A stretch of DNA of 64,000 nucleotides from Oculina patagonica (Eukaryota). The notes beneath the pieces are model-generated. The model was not told where the DNA came from, ran no database searches, and saw nothing but the letters and a program-made list of their open reading frames with translations. Location of the stretch: NCBI RefSeq assembly GCF_052425735.1, contig NC_135760.1, positions 14,012,001 to 14,076,000 on the forward strand, written 5' to 3'. Shown piece by piece: positions 13,138 to 28,100 of this stretch (its first letter is position 1; each line of letters begins with the position of its first letter). The position numbers and the translations under genes were made by a program.

Positions 13138-16100
13138 TAATTATTATATTATTATTATTATTACTAAAATTACGAGCAGTTCGTGCGTTATCCGACCTAC
13201 GTGTCACATTAATTATATTTTGTGTAATACCTGCTTTCGCCATTGATGTACAATTGAAAACGTGTGTTGTAGGATATAAGAATCTCATTAGCCTGGCTTG
13301 ATACGGCATAACTGAAGAGACTCCCTTGACTGTTGGTAGAACTCATCCACAGACAAACCGTGAACGCAGTCAAACTACGCTTTCCCGGTAGCTTAACATA
13401 GTTATTGACTCCTTTGTTTGGAAAATTGAAAGCGTAGTCTGAAATGACAAAACAAATACAGATCAGCAAGAGAGTAACTCTTGAGATCAGTTAATACCTT
13501 TTTGGAACAACATATCAAAGTACAGGGAGAAGCACTAGAGGACGATTGGATAGCTTGTTCTTCCTATGCAAATTCCGCTTCCACTTTCAAACGGCCATAC
13601 AAATATCTAGTTTTATAAACGCTCTTTCTATTCTTAACGACTTTTCTTTCGCGTAAGTGACTTGCTTTTATGACACTTCTGAGAAGTTGGTCACGCGTTC
13701 AAGTGTTTCATTGTTGAGAGAGACACTATTCAGAAGAAGAAACAGGTGTTTCGAAAAAGATTGCCAAAAAAAATCACAAAAGTGCAAAAGTGGTAGATCA
13801 AGATCAGCCTTAAATTCCTTTCGAGGGCTAAGCGTACCCCACTTTTCCTGTACTAAAAGCTAGAAGTGCAATAACAATATTATGCACTTAATGTATATAA
13901 TTTGTACTTTTTTGGCAATTTAGTAACCTGAAGCTTAGAAACATACGTGTATAATAAACTGTTCTGTTGAACCTGTATATAAAAATTATAACAGAGTCAC
14001 CCACTCATTATCTGATACGGCTCACAGGGAGATGGCTTGACTAGCTTTGCGCCCCCCTGACGAAGGAAATCGGTCCAATTGTAAACAGTAGCTTGATTCC
14101 ACTCATCCACGTCACATGATACTGAGATTTCTGTTATTTGTGCAACAGAAAGCACGCTATTCCATACGTTGACATTTGATAACATTCCTTGAAAGGAATC
14201 ATCGGTCTGAAAGCCACCACCGACTGAGTCTTGGTCTTGTCCTAACACCAGGGTACCGCCTTGTCTTATTGAGTAATCTCTCTTGAAGTTTGTGCCTTGG
14301 TCGTTCAGGATGCAATCTTTGTAGAATTTCCATGCTCCTGAACTGTTTTCCCAGGTTACACAGATGTGGTGCCACACATCGTCGTTAGCTGTCACTGAGG
14401 TAGCTCTTTAAAAAAAGAAATCGCACACAAATCATCAGGCTGTCGATTGCCGGCAGCAGTTTATAATTTTAAGATGACCTCGGAAGATTAAGGTTGCTAT
14501 GACAACCAGAGCCGTAACCAGACTTTTGGCATAGACGAGGCAAGATCTTGCTTGGAGGTTCTGGGGGTATTCCCTCCACAAACTTTGTAGAGCAAGAAGC
14601 TGTGAAACACTTTCTTTACCATTTTTAATAAGGTATTTCTTGAAAAAAATCAAGTGTTTTGAACTGGGAGTTATTATTTTTCCAACTAAATATATTTTGT
14701 TTTTAATTGTCGGTTAAAATCAAGACGAGGCAAGTGCCTCGTCTTGCCTCTTGCTAGTTAGGGCCCTGACAATATCTCAGGGTCAATAATAAACATCAAC
14801 ACTTTCAACATCAAGTTTGAAACTAAGGCATGCTTGCCGTACAGTAATAGGAATGGCGGTTACGTTTTCGAATTGGTAGCGCAAAATAATCTAACGGTAC
14901 TTTAATCTGCCACAATGAACAAAACTTGTTATTACAATTAACGTTACATGAGTTACCTGACAATGCTTTCTATAAGCAGCAACCTTATACATCTGTTGTG
15001 CTCGTTTTTACTAATGAAGCACACAGAGAGAGTTGCAGTGCCATTACTTCAGTGTTACTTAACATTACTTACAATACAGTTTCATTACTGAAATATAAAT
15101 ATATGAAAACATATATTTGAACTGCGGATGAAGAATAAATGAAGAGAAGATCGTCGCCAGGATCTTCTCTTCATTTAGTTTCATTACTATTTATATTACT
15201 AATGACGGATTCACTTACAATGGCACAACTACTTAGACATCACACCTAGCGAATTGCCAACCATAGCCCCAATTAAGAGTAGCCTGTCCAAAGCCGAATT
15301 TTAATTGGCAGTTTAAATGTAGTAAGCAAAGCGCTGAAAAGAATTCACTTCACTCGTGTAAAAATGCGGTTACTCCATGCGTTATCTCCGTTACTTCCTT
15401 ATATGTACATGTAATACCTGCTTTCGCCGCCGATTTTTATCTGAAAATATCTGTTGTAGGATATGAGAAGCTCATCAGCCTGGCTTGATACAGCATAACT
15501 GACAAGACTCCCTTGACTATCAGTAGAACTCATCCACAGACACACCGTGAACGCAGTCAAACTGCGCATGCCTGAGACTTTTACAACTTCAGAGACACCT
15601 TTTTGTGGAAAATTGAAAGCGTAGTCTGGCGAAGGAGAAAAAAAAAAGCTTCAGTATAAAGAGATCTAGTCACATCGATGAATACGTTAATAATAAGAAG
15701 AATTCGAACTTTTTAGATTTATAAATACTTAATTACTTTTGTTTCCTATTAACAAATAATTTAAATATAAACTTAAAACTAATTAATTTATTCTTTTCTG
15801 TAATTAATTAAACATTGTTACATACTACGAAAGTAAAGTACGAACAATCTCGTCCTCGAGTGAATGATGGTTGTACTGTTTACCCAATAATAGAACTGTA
15901 GCTGGACTCAAGGAGATATAAAATATTGAGTTTTCATTCTTGAGAAAGTGATGAACTGAAGCAAGACTCGCAGTTTCTTTTGGTTCCAGCACTTTGCTGT
16001 GTTACTGTTGTTGTTTTTTGTTGCTGTTGCATAGGGCTCCAATTTTTTAGAGCACTGATCTTTTCATAACAGCTGGCACACACAGAGGACCAATGAAGTT

Positions 16101-19100
16101 TGAAGCTTGAGAGAGAACTTTTACACTGATAAATTTTGAATTGTTCAAATGGTGCTAATTAATTAAAAAAATTAATTCTGATTTGAAAGCGTTCCTCTTG
16201 GCAGTTTTTTTTTATTTATCCTTCAATAATATAGTAATGTTTCCTAACTTCCTCATTCCGGACGACGCGGCGCAGGGTTGAGGGCAATGTCATCATTATC
16301 GTCGTGGTCGTAGTTGTAATAGTGGTACTTATGGTTATTATATTATTATCATAAAAAAGTTCTTTATTACCAGCAAATGGCGCGAGAATTTTATTTTAAA
16401 GAATGGCATGTTTGATGATTTTTGCAATATGTACATGTAGATGAATTTAAACTCATACCCTTTCCAAATGGTTCACACGAAGATGGTTCAATGAGCCTTG
16501 CTTCTCCCTCGCGAAGGAAATCGACCCATTTGTATACGTTTCCATAATCTACTCCATTTAGCAGACATGATCCTGACATCTCCTTGATTTTTGCAGCGTT
16601 TAGCACTCGATCCCATACGTTGACATTTGATATCTGTCCTTGATAGGATTGAGCGGCCTGGTAGCCACCGCCGACCGAGTGTTGCCTTTGTCCCAGGACT
16701 AAAGTGCCACCTGCTCTAATCGTGTGACCTGTCTTAAAATTCGTGCCTTCATTAGTTGCTTCACCATCCTTATAGAATTTCCAAGATCCCGAACTCCTTT
16801 CCCACGATAAACAGATCTGGTGCCATTCGCTGTCATTGGCTACAACTAAAGTTGTCCTTTAAGCAAAAAAAAAATTATCTAGCATCCGACTCTGGTATTT
16901 TGCGTTACTTCGGTGGCGAGAGCAGCTCAATGTAAGGGTTTCAAGGCTGAAACAGACAAATTTCAGTACGATTTCTGCAGTTCAGAAATACCACTTGCGA
17001 AACAATGTTGTACTTATTACTGCTTTAGGCACGGTACAAATCACGTTTTGTCCCCCTGCAGCCGTCGCCCCCTTCTTCCCCCATTTAAAAGAATAAAAAG
17101 CTCAAAAGACCCCGTCGTATTTTAGACGCAAACATTCATATGACAGGAAGCATAAATACCTTCAAATACATCGATTAAATGTTTAAATGCTTTTGTTTTC
17201 CTAAAGAAATTTTAAACAATTTTTGCTCTCAAGAGGTTGCACGTCGGCTGAATTACGAACACGCGCACATTAACTAACAAAGAAATATATTTTTAAAAAT
17301 TTGTTTACTTAATATTGTACTTTACTGCCAGTTTGTCCACGTCTTATTTGAAGAAAAAGAAAGAAAACAAAACGCCTGATCGCAGGTTAGTCTATGCATT
17401 ATCTCTGTTATTTACTTATCACTTTATATATATGCACTTAATACCTGCTTTCGCCATCGATGCTCAATTGAAAATATGTGTTGTAGTATATGAGAATCTC
17501 ATTAGCCTGGCTTGGTACAGCATAACTGAAGAGACTCCCTTGACTGTTAGAAGAATTCATCCACAGACACACTGTGAACGCTGTCAAACTGCGCATGCCC
17601 GAGAGGTCGACCACGTCATTGACTCCTTTGTTTGGAAAATACAGGGCGTTGTCTGACGAAGAAAAAAAAACTTCCGTCTTAAAGAGATTTTTTGTCACAT
17701 GGATTTATATTTTGGCAAAAGTGTAGATATTTTTTCGGTATACTATAAATTCTGTTTGGATTAGTTTACATACTAAACACTGTCTAAACTACGCCTAACA
17801 CCGAAAATGCTTTTTAAGTTACGTTGGATTGCGCTTTAGTTGCTTAAAAAAAAGTCTGCGTTGGAGACTGGTGGCCCATCAGGCCGGAGCTTATCCTGGT
17901 TTCAGTAGCACGAAGCGACCAGAAGAATTTTTTATCCTCTCTGGATGGGATGCTAGTCAATCGCAGGGTTACCCTAAGTAATCATTTTGCCTGAGCGAAG
18001 AGTGGCACTGTTAGAGTAAAGTGTCTTGCCCAAGAGCACAACGCTTTGAACTCAGCCAGGGGCCAAACCTTGACTGCTTATTCTGGAGTCCAGCGCACTG
18101 GGCCACCAGGCCTCCTAGACTGTGCTCTATTTGATTAAAACCGCACATAATAATAATATTTGTCATTGTATTACTTTTTAAATAAATTCCGACTTAATCT
18201 TAACTCAAAAGTAAAATAATAATTATATGACTGTTACAGATTATTATGGCGAATCAATAAATTCGGGAATTTGATTGGCTTAAATCGATATCGGCTGCGA
18301 TTAAAAGAGCTGAATTCAATTTTCTTGAGTACGTACTGAACTAAGTGCGAAATAACATGAAAAATATACAGGCGCTTGTGCTGAGGAAGTCAAATTGATA
18401 CTGATCATGTTGTTATATTTAGTGATACTAGTGATACTAAGAATATATAATTTACGCCTGTATTATATACCTTATTCAGCATAAAAAATGTATTTAAAAG
18501 CTTTTACTAACCAATCAACACCGGCTGACAGGGAGATGGATGGACAATTGTTACTCCAGGACCTCCTTGACGAAGAAAATCGAGCCATTTGTATACTTTG
18601 CTATTAGTAGCTTCATCTTGTAGACAGGTTTTTGAGAGCCTACTGATCTGTGTAGCATCTAAAGCGACATGCCATACATTAACATTTGATAACATTCCTT
18701 GAAAGGACTCGACCGCCTCAAAGCCACCACCGACGGAATCTTGATCCTGCCCAAGAACCAGTGTGCCACCTTGTCTTATCGTGTGACTTCTCTTGAAGGT
18801 TGACCCTTGTACTTTCAGGTCACCATCTTTATAAAATTTCCAAGATCCTGAATTGCTTTCCCACGATACACAAATTTGGTGCCATAAGCCGTTGAAGGCG
18901 CGAACTGATATATCCCTGTGGATCATAAATGAACGTAAAACGAAGTAAATCGTATACACGTTCTAATAAATTACAACTGACCTTACTAAACTACATAGTA
19001 CAGTGGAACCCCGATATAACGATCTTCGATATAACGATATTCTCGATATAACGATGAATATGTTATGTCCCGGCAATAGTAAAATGTATGGGACGGAACG

Positions 19101-22100
19101 ATTCCTCGATATAACGATATAATTTTACTGCCCCCTTGGCATATCGTTATATCGGGGTTCCACTGTATTTGTTTTATCCGTTTTAAACGGGGTAATATGA
19201 TACTGGTTGTTTTTGTGATAAAATTTGAGAAAAACGGCATCAATATACGAAACTACCTTAGAACATAGTTAATAGAGGGAAATGGTTAGGAAGCCCGGCA
19301 AACATCAAAGGAGCAAACAATGAGGCCAAGACTTAGGTTGGAAGGTCCATGACCGTGCACATCTTTTGTTTTGCTCTCATACACTATGCATGAGTTACGT
19401 AATCCAAATGTTTTTATTGGTTTGTTGCTTGAACACACGTAACCACCTATTGTATTTTGTCAGGTTTTGTGCAGGGTCAACCCCCAAAATAGCGAACAAT
19501 AACCTATAACAAAGAACTTTGACCGGCTTCCTAACCATTTTCCTCTATTAACTATGCTTAGAACCGCCACAAAGTAGACATTTAGTTGTCGACAACTATC
19601 TGATATCGATAACTAAATGTAATTGACAGCTTAACCTAGTAGTGTGTAATACGATTTGTCATCACCTAAATTGCTAATGTTTTAATAGTCGACAACTAAA
19701 CTGTTTTACTTTTCGAAAATGGAAACTGCTTTATAGTTGTTATTATATGAATCATTGGTTTAGTTATCAGTAGTCAGTGGTTGCGCATGCGTAGTGAACG
19801 TTAGTTCCCAAAGCTCTTGCGGTATAAACAGTTATAGTGAGCGTTGCTTTTCAAGCTTTTTTTTCTGGCTTAAGTTAGTTATGACAACTAACACTCCATG
19901 TGGAATCCTCGCATCGAACAGAATTAGTTCTAGAAAAACATTTAGTTGTCGATAACAAGTAGATTTCGACAACTTACACAGAGCGGTTTTCACTTGAGTG
20001 TCGAAAGTAATTCGCGTTTGCATTGGTTTTGCATTACTACGCTCAGTGATTGGTTTAAAACTCTCGCGCCACTTTCTCAGCCAATCAGAAATAGAACCAA
20101 AACCAATCGTGACTCGCTTGCACACGTTTTCCAGCGCTTCGTGCCGGCTACATGTATTTGCCTTGAGTTTTGATTGGTTTACTGGATTGTCTGTGTTCTT
20201 TGTGATTGGCTCGAGTGATTTCTTTGGTTTTGGTTTTACGACACTCAATTGAAAAATGATCGATCATGTTACTTATAATTTACGTCTAATACCTTTTTTC
20301 GCCACCAATGTACAACTCAAAATTATTGTTATAGGATATGAGCAGCTCATTACTCTGTCCTGATACAGCGTAACTGACAAGACTTCCTCGAGTGTTACTT
20401 GAACTCATCCAGAGACACACGGTAAAGGCGGTTAAACTGCGCGGCATGTTGGTGATTTTGACAAGGTTAAGAATCTCTTTGTTTGGGAAATCGAAAGCAT
20501 TGTCTGAAAAGTTAAGAAAACAGCACGTATATTAGTTTAAGGAATTTTTGCAGTATGTATGTGATGACTCTAATTTCATGGACCATGACATATTCTGTAA
20601 GCATAATACTTTAATGTGACACCTGCCGTCCCCCTTACCTCGCCTTCTGAAGCACATCTTTTTCATTCTTTTAGCGATCTGGTTTGGAGTCCTGACCATG
20701 ACCCTGACCTTTTCATGCTTCTTGGGAAAGACACTTGACTCTTACAGTGCTTCTCGCAATCCAGGTGTAGAAATGAGTACTATGGTATTTAATGTTAGGG
20801 GTGGGGGGGGGGGGGGGGGTTACGTCCCATTCTAGAAGGGGAGGAGGGATAGTAAAAAAACATAACCACTTCATGCTAGTGAAATGGGATAGCCCCGGCT
20901 CACAGGCCACTAAGCTTGAACGCAGTCTCAATCTACTTACTCAAAAACGTCCTCACAGTACACTGGTCTTCAAACAGAAATAGGCAGCGAATATGTTTCA
21001 ATTTAATGCAGACTAAAAGGTTTATACCAACTGCCGAGCAAACAGTCCTCTTTTGACAGCTTATTTCTAAACGGGCTCTTTTATTGGTTATAAACGCCTC
21101 AGGATATAAGTACCCTTAGATTAAAGCGTTCAAAAATCTTCTTGCGAAGTAGTAAAACTAATATTCAGATAATTTACAGTGCGGCTACTGTAACCGGGGT
21201 CACCCAGACAAAGTTAACCAATCACAAAGCAGAACTGAAACAAAAGATTTCTACATTTTTAGCTTCAGCCAATGAAATGTCGAGTACAGAACAAAGAAAT
21301 TTCAACTTCTTCGTTCGCCACGAAACCAGATCGATACAAACTTTAAATTGGCCGTATGGCGGCGCTGAATTTTCAATTAATTTCAATTGCATCCGTTTTG
21401 AACTTGAGTGGTTGTGACAGCAACATTTGGAAGGTAAATATTAGCGATGTTTACTGATTTGAGCTTGCAAATGTTTATTTTGTTGAAGGAGGAAAACCTG
21501 AGAACCCTCGAAGTAAGAACGAGAACAAACAGAAACTGGAGACGTGCGCTCTCACCCCCTGCTCCCTCATCCCTGCATCCCCATTCGCCACCTCAACACC
21601 CCTAAAACCCATATCAAAATTTTGTACTTAGCCCCAGCAGATTTGAATAAAAATTAAACCTGGTTAACGTGTTATGTAACCTACCAGCGAGCAGCGGTTC
21701 ACAGGTAGATGTTGCTAAGAGTCTTGTTTCGGATGCTTGGAGGAAATCGCGCCACTTGTATACATTTCCAGCATTCCACGGATCCAGCAGACATGACGTT
21801 GCCATCTCTTCGATTTGTGAAGCAGGTAGCACTTTATTCCATAAGTTGACATTTGATAACATTCCTTTGAATGATTTATCAGCCTGAAAGCCACCACCGA
21901 CAGAGCCCTGCTTTTGTCCTAGCACCAGCGTGCCACCTTGCCTTATCGTGAAGCCTCTCTTGAAGTTAGTGCCTTCCTTTTTTATCGCGCCATCTTTGTA
22001 GAATTTCCATGAACCCGAACTGCTTTCCCACGATACACAGATATGGTGCCACACACCGTCATTGGGGGATACTGAAATGTCCCTAGAAAAAAAAAGTTAA

Positions 22101-25100
22101 GATGGTTTCCACCGAACATTCGAGCAATACAGGCAAAAATAAAGTTACCAAAGAGATCTCATAGCATGGTAACAGTTTGAGCACAGCTAACAAAAACCTA
22201 CCAACACTTTAGCTCTCAAGCTGACCCCTCCAGAGGAAAATGGATTTGAAATTATCTACATTTCAATGAAAACGGACGTTTCGCGCCAGTTTAAAACAAA
22301 AAGGCGCGCGTTTTAAACATTTTTACAAGGTTTGACTTAAATTTTCTCGAGAACGCTTTAGAGTTTTATCACGGGGTCACTAAGACAAATTAATTTTAGT
22401 GAGATGTTTCAAATAGTATATAAAATGTAACCAAACTATAAGTAGATTTTTGGTGCTTAATTTTTACACTCATTGCTCGAACTTTCAGCGGAATCCATCT
22501 TAAATGTTCTATGTTTGTGTTGTTCGTGTTTTGTTGGATTTAGTCAGGGAATACGCCACTCGGTTAAGATGGAGTGGCGCATGAAATCTACGAGTGGTTA
22601 AGTTTCCAGAAAAACATTCTCCTTTACATATTTATTATTTATATTGACATTTAATACCTTTTTTCGCCACCTATGTAAAACTCAAAATTATTGTTGTAGG
22701 ATATGAGAAGCTCATTAGCCTGACTTGATACAGCATAACTGAAAGGACTTCCTTGACTGTCACCCGAAATCATCCACAGACACACCGTGAAAGCCGTCAA
22801 ACTACTACGCATGTTCGTTATTCTGACAGAGTCATCCACGCCTTTGTTTGGAAAAAGTAAAGCTTTTCCTAAAGTGACAAGAAGAAAGCAAGAAATGCAT
22901 CAGTTACAACTTTCCAGCGTGTTTTGAACCTCGTATAATTATATAATGTACGCTCAATTTTCCGAACTCTCACATTATTATAAAGTAAAACATTAACAAA
23001 GATGATAGCACACCTGGGCATGTATCTGCTGCGATAATAGACGCACTTTGACGAGTTTCAATCGTATCATCTGACAAGTGAAACACAGAACCGGTATGTA
23101 ATCCAATGCAGTCCTTTCGTATTACATCAAAATCTGTTCTCTTTTCACTCCATATGTTTACATGAGAAATTTCTCCCACGAATGCTTTTGCCGCGACAAA
23201 CTGTTTCTGGGGTTGCTGTCGTTGTCCAAGTACAAGGTATCCACCCCCTGCCAGTGCTGATCGAGTGTAAGTCAAAGGACCAATAGTACGTGTCCCTTCA
23301 CGAATGGTCAAGTGACCATTAGATGATTGCCATTCGATCCACAAGAAATGCCAGTTTCCGTCGTTTAAGTTCCAAGAACCTCCAGTGCCTTGTGAAGAAC
23401 CCTTAAGGATTACTCTCACTCTGGGGTGTGTCGTGATAACCAGTTCCTCTGCCTGACTTTGAGTTGCATAAGAAAGAGCTGTTCCTTCACTAGTCTGTTG
23501 CGTTTTCATCCAGAAAGAGATAGTCACTGCTGTCATCGCGGGAATGGCTGTCTCTACGGATACATTGGACGTTCTTCTAAGGAACAGCATGTAGTTGTGA
23601 ATTTCTAAATTGGAGAAAAAAAGAGCGTTACTTCACCACTCGAACAATGCTGAGCACAATGACTAATGTAATGCAAAGAACTTGTACTTTACGTTGTGAT
23701 GGAGCACCATGGGTAAGGAAATTTGGTAAACCCATGTTTTCAGTTTAAACTAGAAACTCATATGGTGCAGCAGCGCGAAAAACGTGCCAGTGAAATTTTC
23801 TCACGATCTTTGTACTCCACAAGGCCGGTTTTTGTGTTTTGCTGCAGCCGCAATGGCTGCAAGCAAAACACATTGAGAGCTGAAGTTTGTGCCGTAAGGT
23901 GTAAGTGCCGTAAGGTGTAAGTGCCGTAACAGAGGAGAAATCTGAACTACCGATGTCAATCAAATCCATGAACAAACAAAATCGAAACCAATGAACCGTA
24001 GCGCTGATCGCATTCGAAGTTACGGGCCAAAGTATTCGAACGCAAACCACGTTGGACACGTTGGAAAACAGAAAACCGATTTAAAAGTATATCGCATTGG
24101 GAAAGAAAACAAACTGTGGCGCGACCACTCCAGTTTTATGAGAAAATTATTCTGCAGTTTTCATCATTTACGAAAAGAGCGAAGACTTGGAACCTCGCCG
24201 AAGGTCATAAATATTTTCTCCAAAGGACCGGTTAGTGCACAGTTTGTAAACTTTCGCTTTGAAAATAAACTTACCCTCACCTTGTCTACACTGTCTACAG
24301 CATACTAGTACTGTATTAACTCTGAACTTCATATTTTAAAATAAAATGTATGAACGTGTAACTTGTCACGCAAAGACAGCTGGAAAGGAATATACCATGC
24401 TGGTAGGCTGCACCGCTAATTGTAGCTGTATTCGAGCTATATAAAAGACAGCTAGAAACGAATTAATACTAGTAACATCACAATGGGAAAGAAACTTATT
24501 CAGTGGTGCACACCGTCGAAAACAAAGAAATATTAAAGGAAGTTCTCATTCACCAGATTCACTGCATCAGATGCAACATTCGTCAGTTCGTGTAGTAGGG
24601 GTTAAATGCGTGGCGACCAGTTTGTTTACTAGTTATTAAAAAATAATACGGTCTTCATTTAATAAACAGTTCATCCTTAAATTTCAGCTTTTCTACGACT
24701 GACAGGTAGGTACTATAGTATAAGCGCCGCTAAAATAGCTGGAAAGGGAAAGTTTTTTGAAAAATGAATTTTTGACTGCCAGACGCGCTGGCGCCACATG
24801 TTTATTTTGTGAAGATTAATTAAACGCCGTGAAAAATAGAATTTGATGTCCAGCGAGCCACTGCATCTTCGGCTACGCAGTCCTCAGTGAATCCTCCAAC
24901 TTCACAAATTTCTAAAACTTTAAGAAAACGAACTTTCGCAGAATCAAAAATTGGTCCTTATCGATCTTCCGATCTTGTTGTGAAGACACTGAAATTCGAC
25001 GAGTGTTCATGCGTGAAGGGATGACTGACGAATGATAATAATTATTTGTAAACTTTCGCTTTCAAAATGAACTTTGCGTTACGTTCAACGCCGTCTTTCT

Positions 25101-28100
25101 GTTGTTGTACGCCGGTGCGCGTGCGATTATTTATAATTTCTGAATTTTGCATATTTAACTCAGGGTGACACAACAAGTTTGTTAAGAGTTAGTTGTTCCA
25201 GTGTTTAATTTGGGTGAAAGTGGTTAAAGAACCACTGTCTTGTCACTAATAAATATATCACATTGAGTTCTTATAAGGTCAATAGATTCTGTCTTTTTCG
25301 TTGTTGTTAAAACGCTACCATTGTGACAATGATTCCAAATACAACTAACGGTAACCAGTGAGATAACGCCACTAAAAGAATCACATTGAGTTCATTGAGA
25401 TTTTTTTATAATGTTAAGAGTTACTGTTTTTTATCAAAGAGACAATCATGTCAGACATTACGTTAACTTACTAGTAATTAAATTATGTTTGCTGTCTTTG
25501 ATTTCAACATAACATTGATCAGTAAAATTATCAGGATTGAATTAACACAAAGTGACTACAATATAGTGCAATTATTAACCTGCACACAAGTGACAGACAA
25601 TAAAAGACGTTGGATTTCAATCTCGACTCACTTGTCTTTCATCAACATGTTCCCTAAGACTTTGCTCTAGCAGCAAAACACATGGACCCATTGGGGCCCT
25701 ATTTTTATAACAAGTTCCGTGTTCTTCTTGACCACGCTATTGATTCTAAACCGGTGGACAGTCTGTAGTTTGGGGAAATATATTGGGATGGTAAATGAGT
25801 GTGTTGTATTCCAGCACAATTTGCTCGTCTTTTGTTCGTTGACACCCTTCAAATTGAAATGTCTGTTTGTTTTTAATATTTTTCTGGGTAGCACCTAGTG
25901 ATAAGTTAAAACCAGCGTACAAGTTAATGCACCAACATTGTTTGAAGGAACTGTGTCAAGGATTTTAGCCAAATTTAGGCATCTGAAATGACCATCAAAT
26001 CTGGAGAAATGTAAAAATAAACGCTTAAAACATTGAAGGAACATTTCAATAACACAGCAGATACAAAATAGAAGGTACGGATGGCCAAAAGTGACGAAGA
26101 TTAAAACGGATTGCAAAATGTTTTTTTTTCGAAATATTGTTGGGCTAAACAGTTTTCGAAGAAAGTCTTTCTTGCTTTTAACTTAACGCCCGGAAGACAC
26201 ATTTGGCTGCAATGAAGCTATGGTTTCGTCATTAAATCGTGGAATTAATTTCGTTGCAAACATTTAGTTTCATAGCGAATATTTGACAAAAATTAATATC
26301 ATAAAATTAACCTAGCCGTGACACAGTCTCTTCAAGATAAAGTTGATGTCCACCACTTGGTTTGAATTACTTTGTGTAGAAGAAACATCGTTTATAGTTT
26401 TGTCTCGTTGTTAACCTAACTATTTTAAATAACTCATTTTGTCAATACAAATCTTTTATCACTTACCACTATTTAAGCATTGGAAAACTGGACAACACTC
26501 ATCATTTGCAGGGTAAAATGTACAATCGCTTGGTAGTGTGGACGGACAGGATGCAACCGAGTTACAAACGGATTCTCCATCGTTACAAGTGCAAAAACGG
26601 CAAGGCGTAGAGGCTGGCCCATCTAAGAAGCGCTGTCCCGAAAGGTATTTGTTCTTCTTAAAAAGACACTTGCCTGTAAAATGAGAAAGCATGTCATCGG
26701 GCTAAGTTGTCAACAGACAATTATAAGTTTTAGATCACAGTAGAAACTAAATGAACTGAGAAGAAAGTAAAAGAAGGAATTAAATGGAAAATATACACTA
26801 TCAACTAGACTATCGTACACAAAAGAACTGGTAGACACACGAGATATTCGAACTTCAACTTACTTTGCCCTTCTTTTAAGAGACAAACTGAAGGTGGAAG
26901 AACTTTTGCAGTTCAAACATGCCAAGCATGGAACAGTCTGCCACTCGAACTAAGAAAAAAACCTTCTTATAACAGTTTTCGAAATAGTTTTTGTAGTTCA
27001 ATTTTAAGAAAACAACATTTTATTGACCATTTTTTAATTTAAGATCTTATTCCGAATACAGATTGTTTTTTAATTGTTTTTTAATTAGTTTTTAATAAGT
27101 AGTTTTTTAATTGATAATTCGTTTCTTATATATTATTGTATATCGTAGGTTTTTTATTGTGTATCTTAGATTTTTTAATACTTGTAAATAGGAGGGTCAC
27201 GAGTTTGTTAGCTTTATAGCTATTAAGTGCTACCCTCTATAAATAAAGACGTTACTTACTTACTTACTTACTTCAGTTTAAGAGAAGTCTCTTATGATGT
27301 CCATATTTTTCTCAAAAACTACATAACAGCTCATTTTGACATGGTATTTCTCGCTTTTCATTTCATTTTATTGTGATAAAAAATAAAAAGTAAATAAACG
27401 TGCGAATTTGTCTTCATTTAAATGACCCAAATCATTGTTGCCGTTAGACCGAAGTTCAAACTTGTCAATGCAATATATTTTGCAGGGATAATGCAATGTC
27501 GAAAACCTAGTTGAAGAGGTAGCTTAATAGAAAGTTGTATGTAAACTTGGGCACCAACTGAAAAACTCCAAATGAAATCACTTAAACCATGGTCTGTTAT
27601 ATTCACTTGTTATATTCAAGTTGCTGTACAGTAATAAGTTTGTTTCATCATCCTCCCCTCCCACCCTCATTTCTCAGAACTCATTGGGTTGCAGTTACGA
27701 TTAATCCGGAGAGGGGAAACCCCAAATGAAAGGGGCGGGGATGCTCGTCGGAAACTTTGAAAAGAACCCCTAAAAGAGTCCAATCTAGGCGTGGCTTAAG
27801 CTTTACCACTAAAAATCTGAAATTTACACCCCTAAGCGAGACAATGAGCATCCCCGTTTCTTGCATATGGGAGTCTCCCCGGTGATTAATCAATGATTCG
27901 TTTGCAAATGGTTGCGGCTAAACGCGTTTTCCGAGTGAGTGTCTTTCTCTTGTTGTCAGAGTTGATCCATGACTGTGTTTGTTTTAATTGAGATGTTCTA
28001 CTTATGCGGTATGAAACAATGGTTAAATTGTCGATCTCGGTAAAATATTTAATAGAATGAACTTACATTGTTTTCCTCTTTCCACGCCATATTCGCAACA

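Noticed and set aside
13083-13309. Poly-Leu and poly-Arg ORFs (also 3570-3794)
   Set aside because: Translations of microsatellites.
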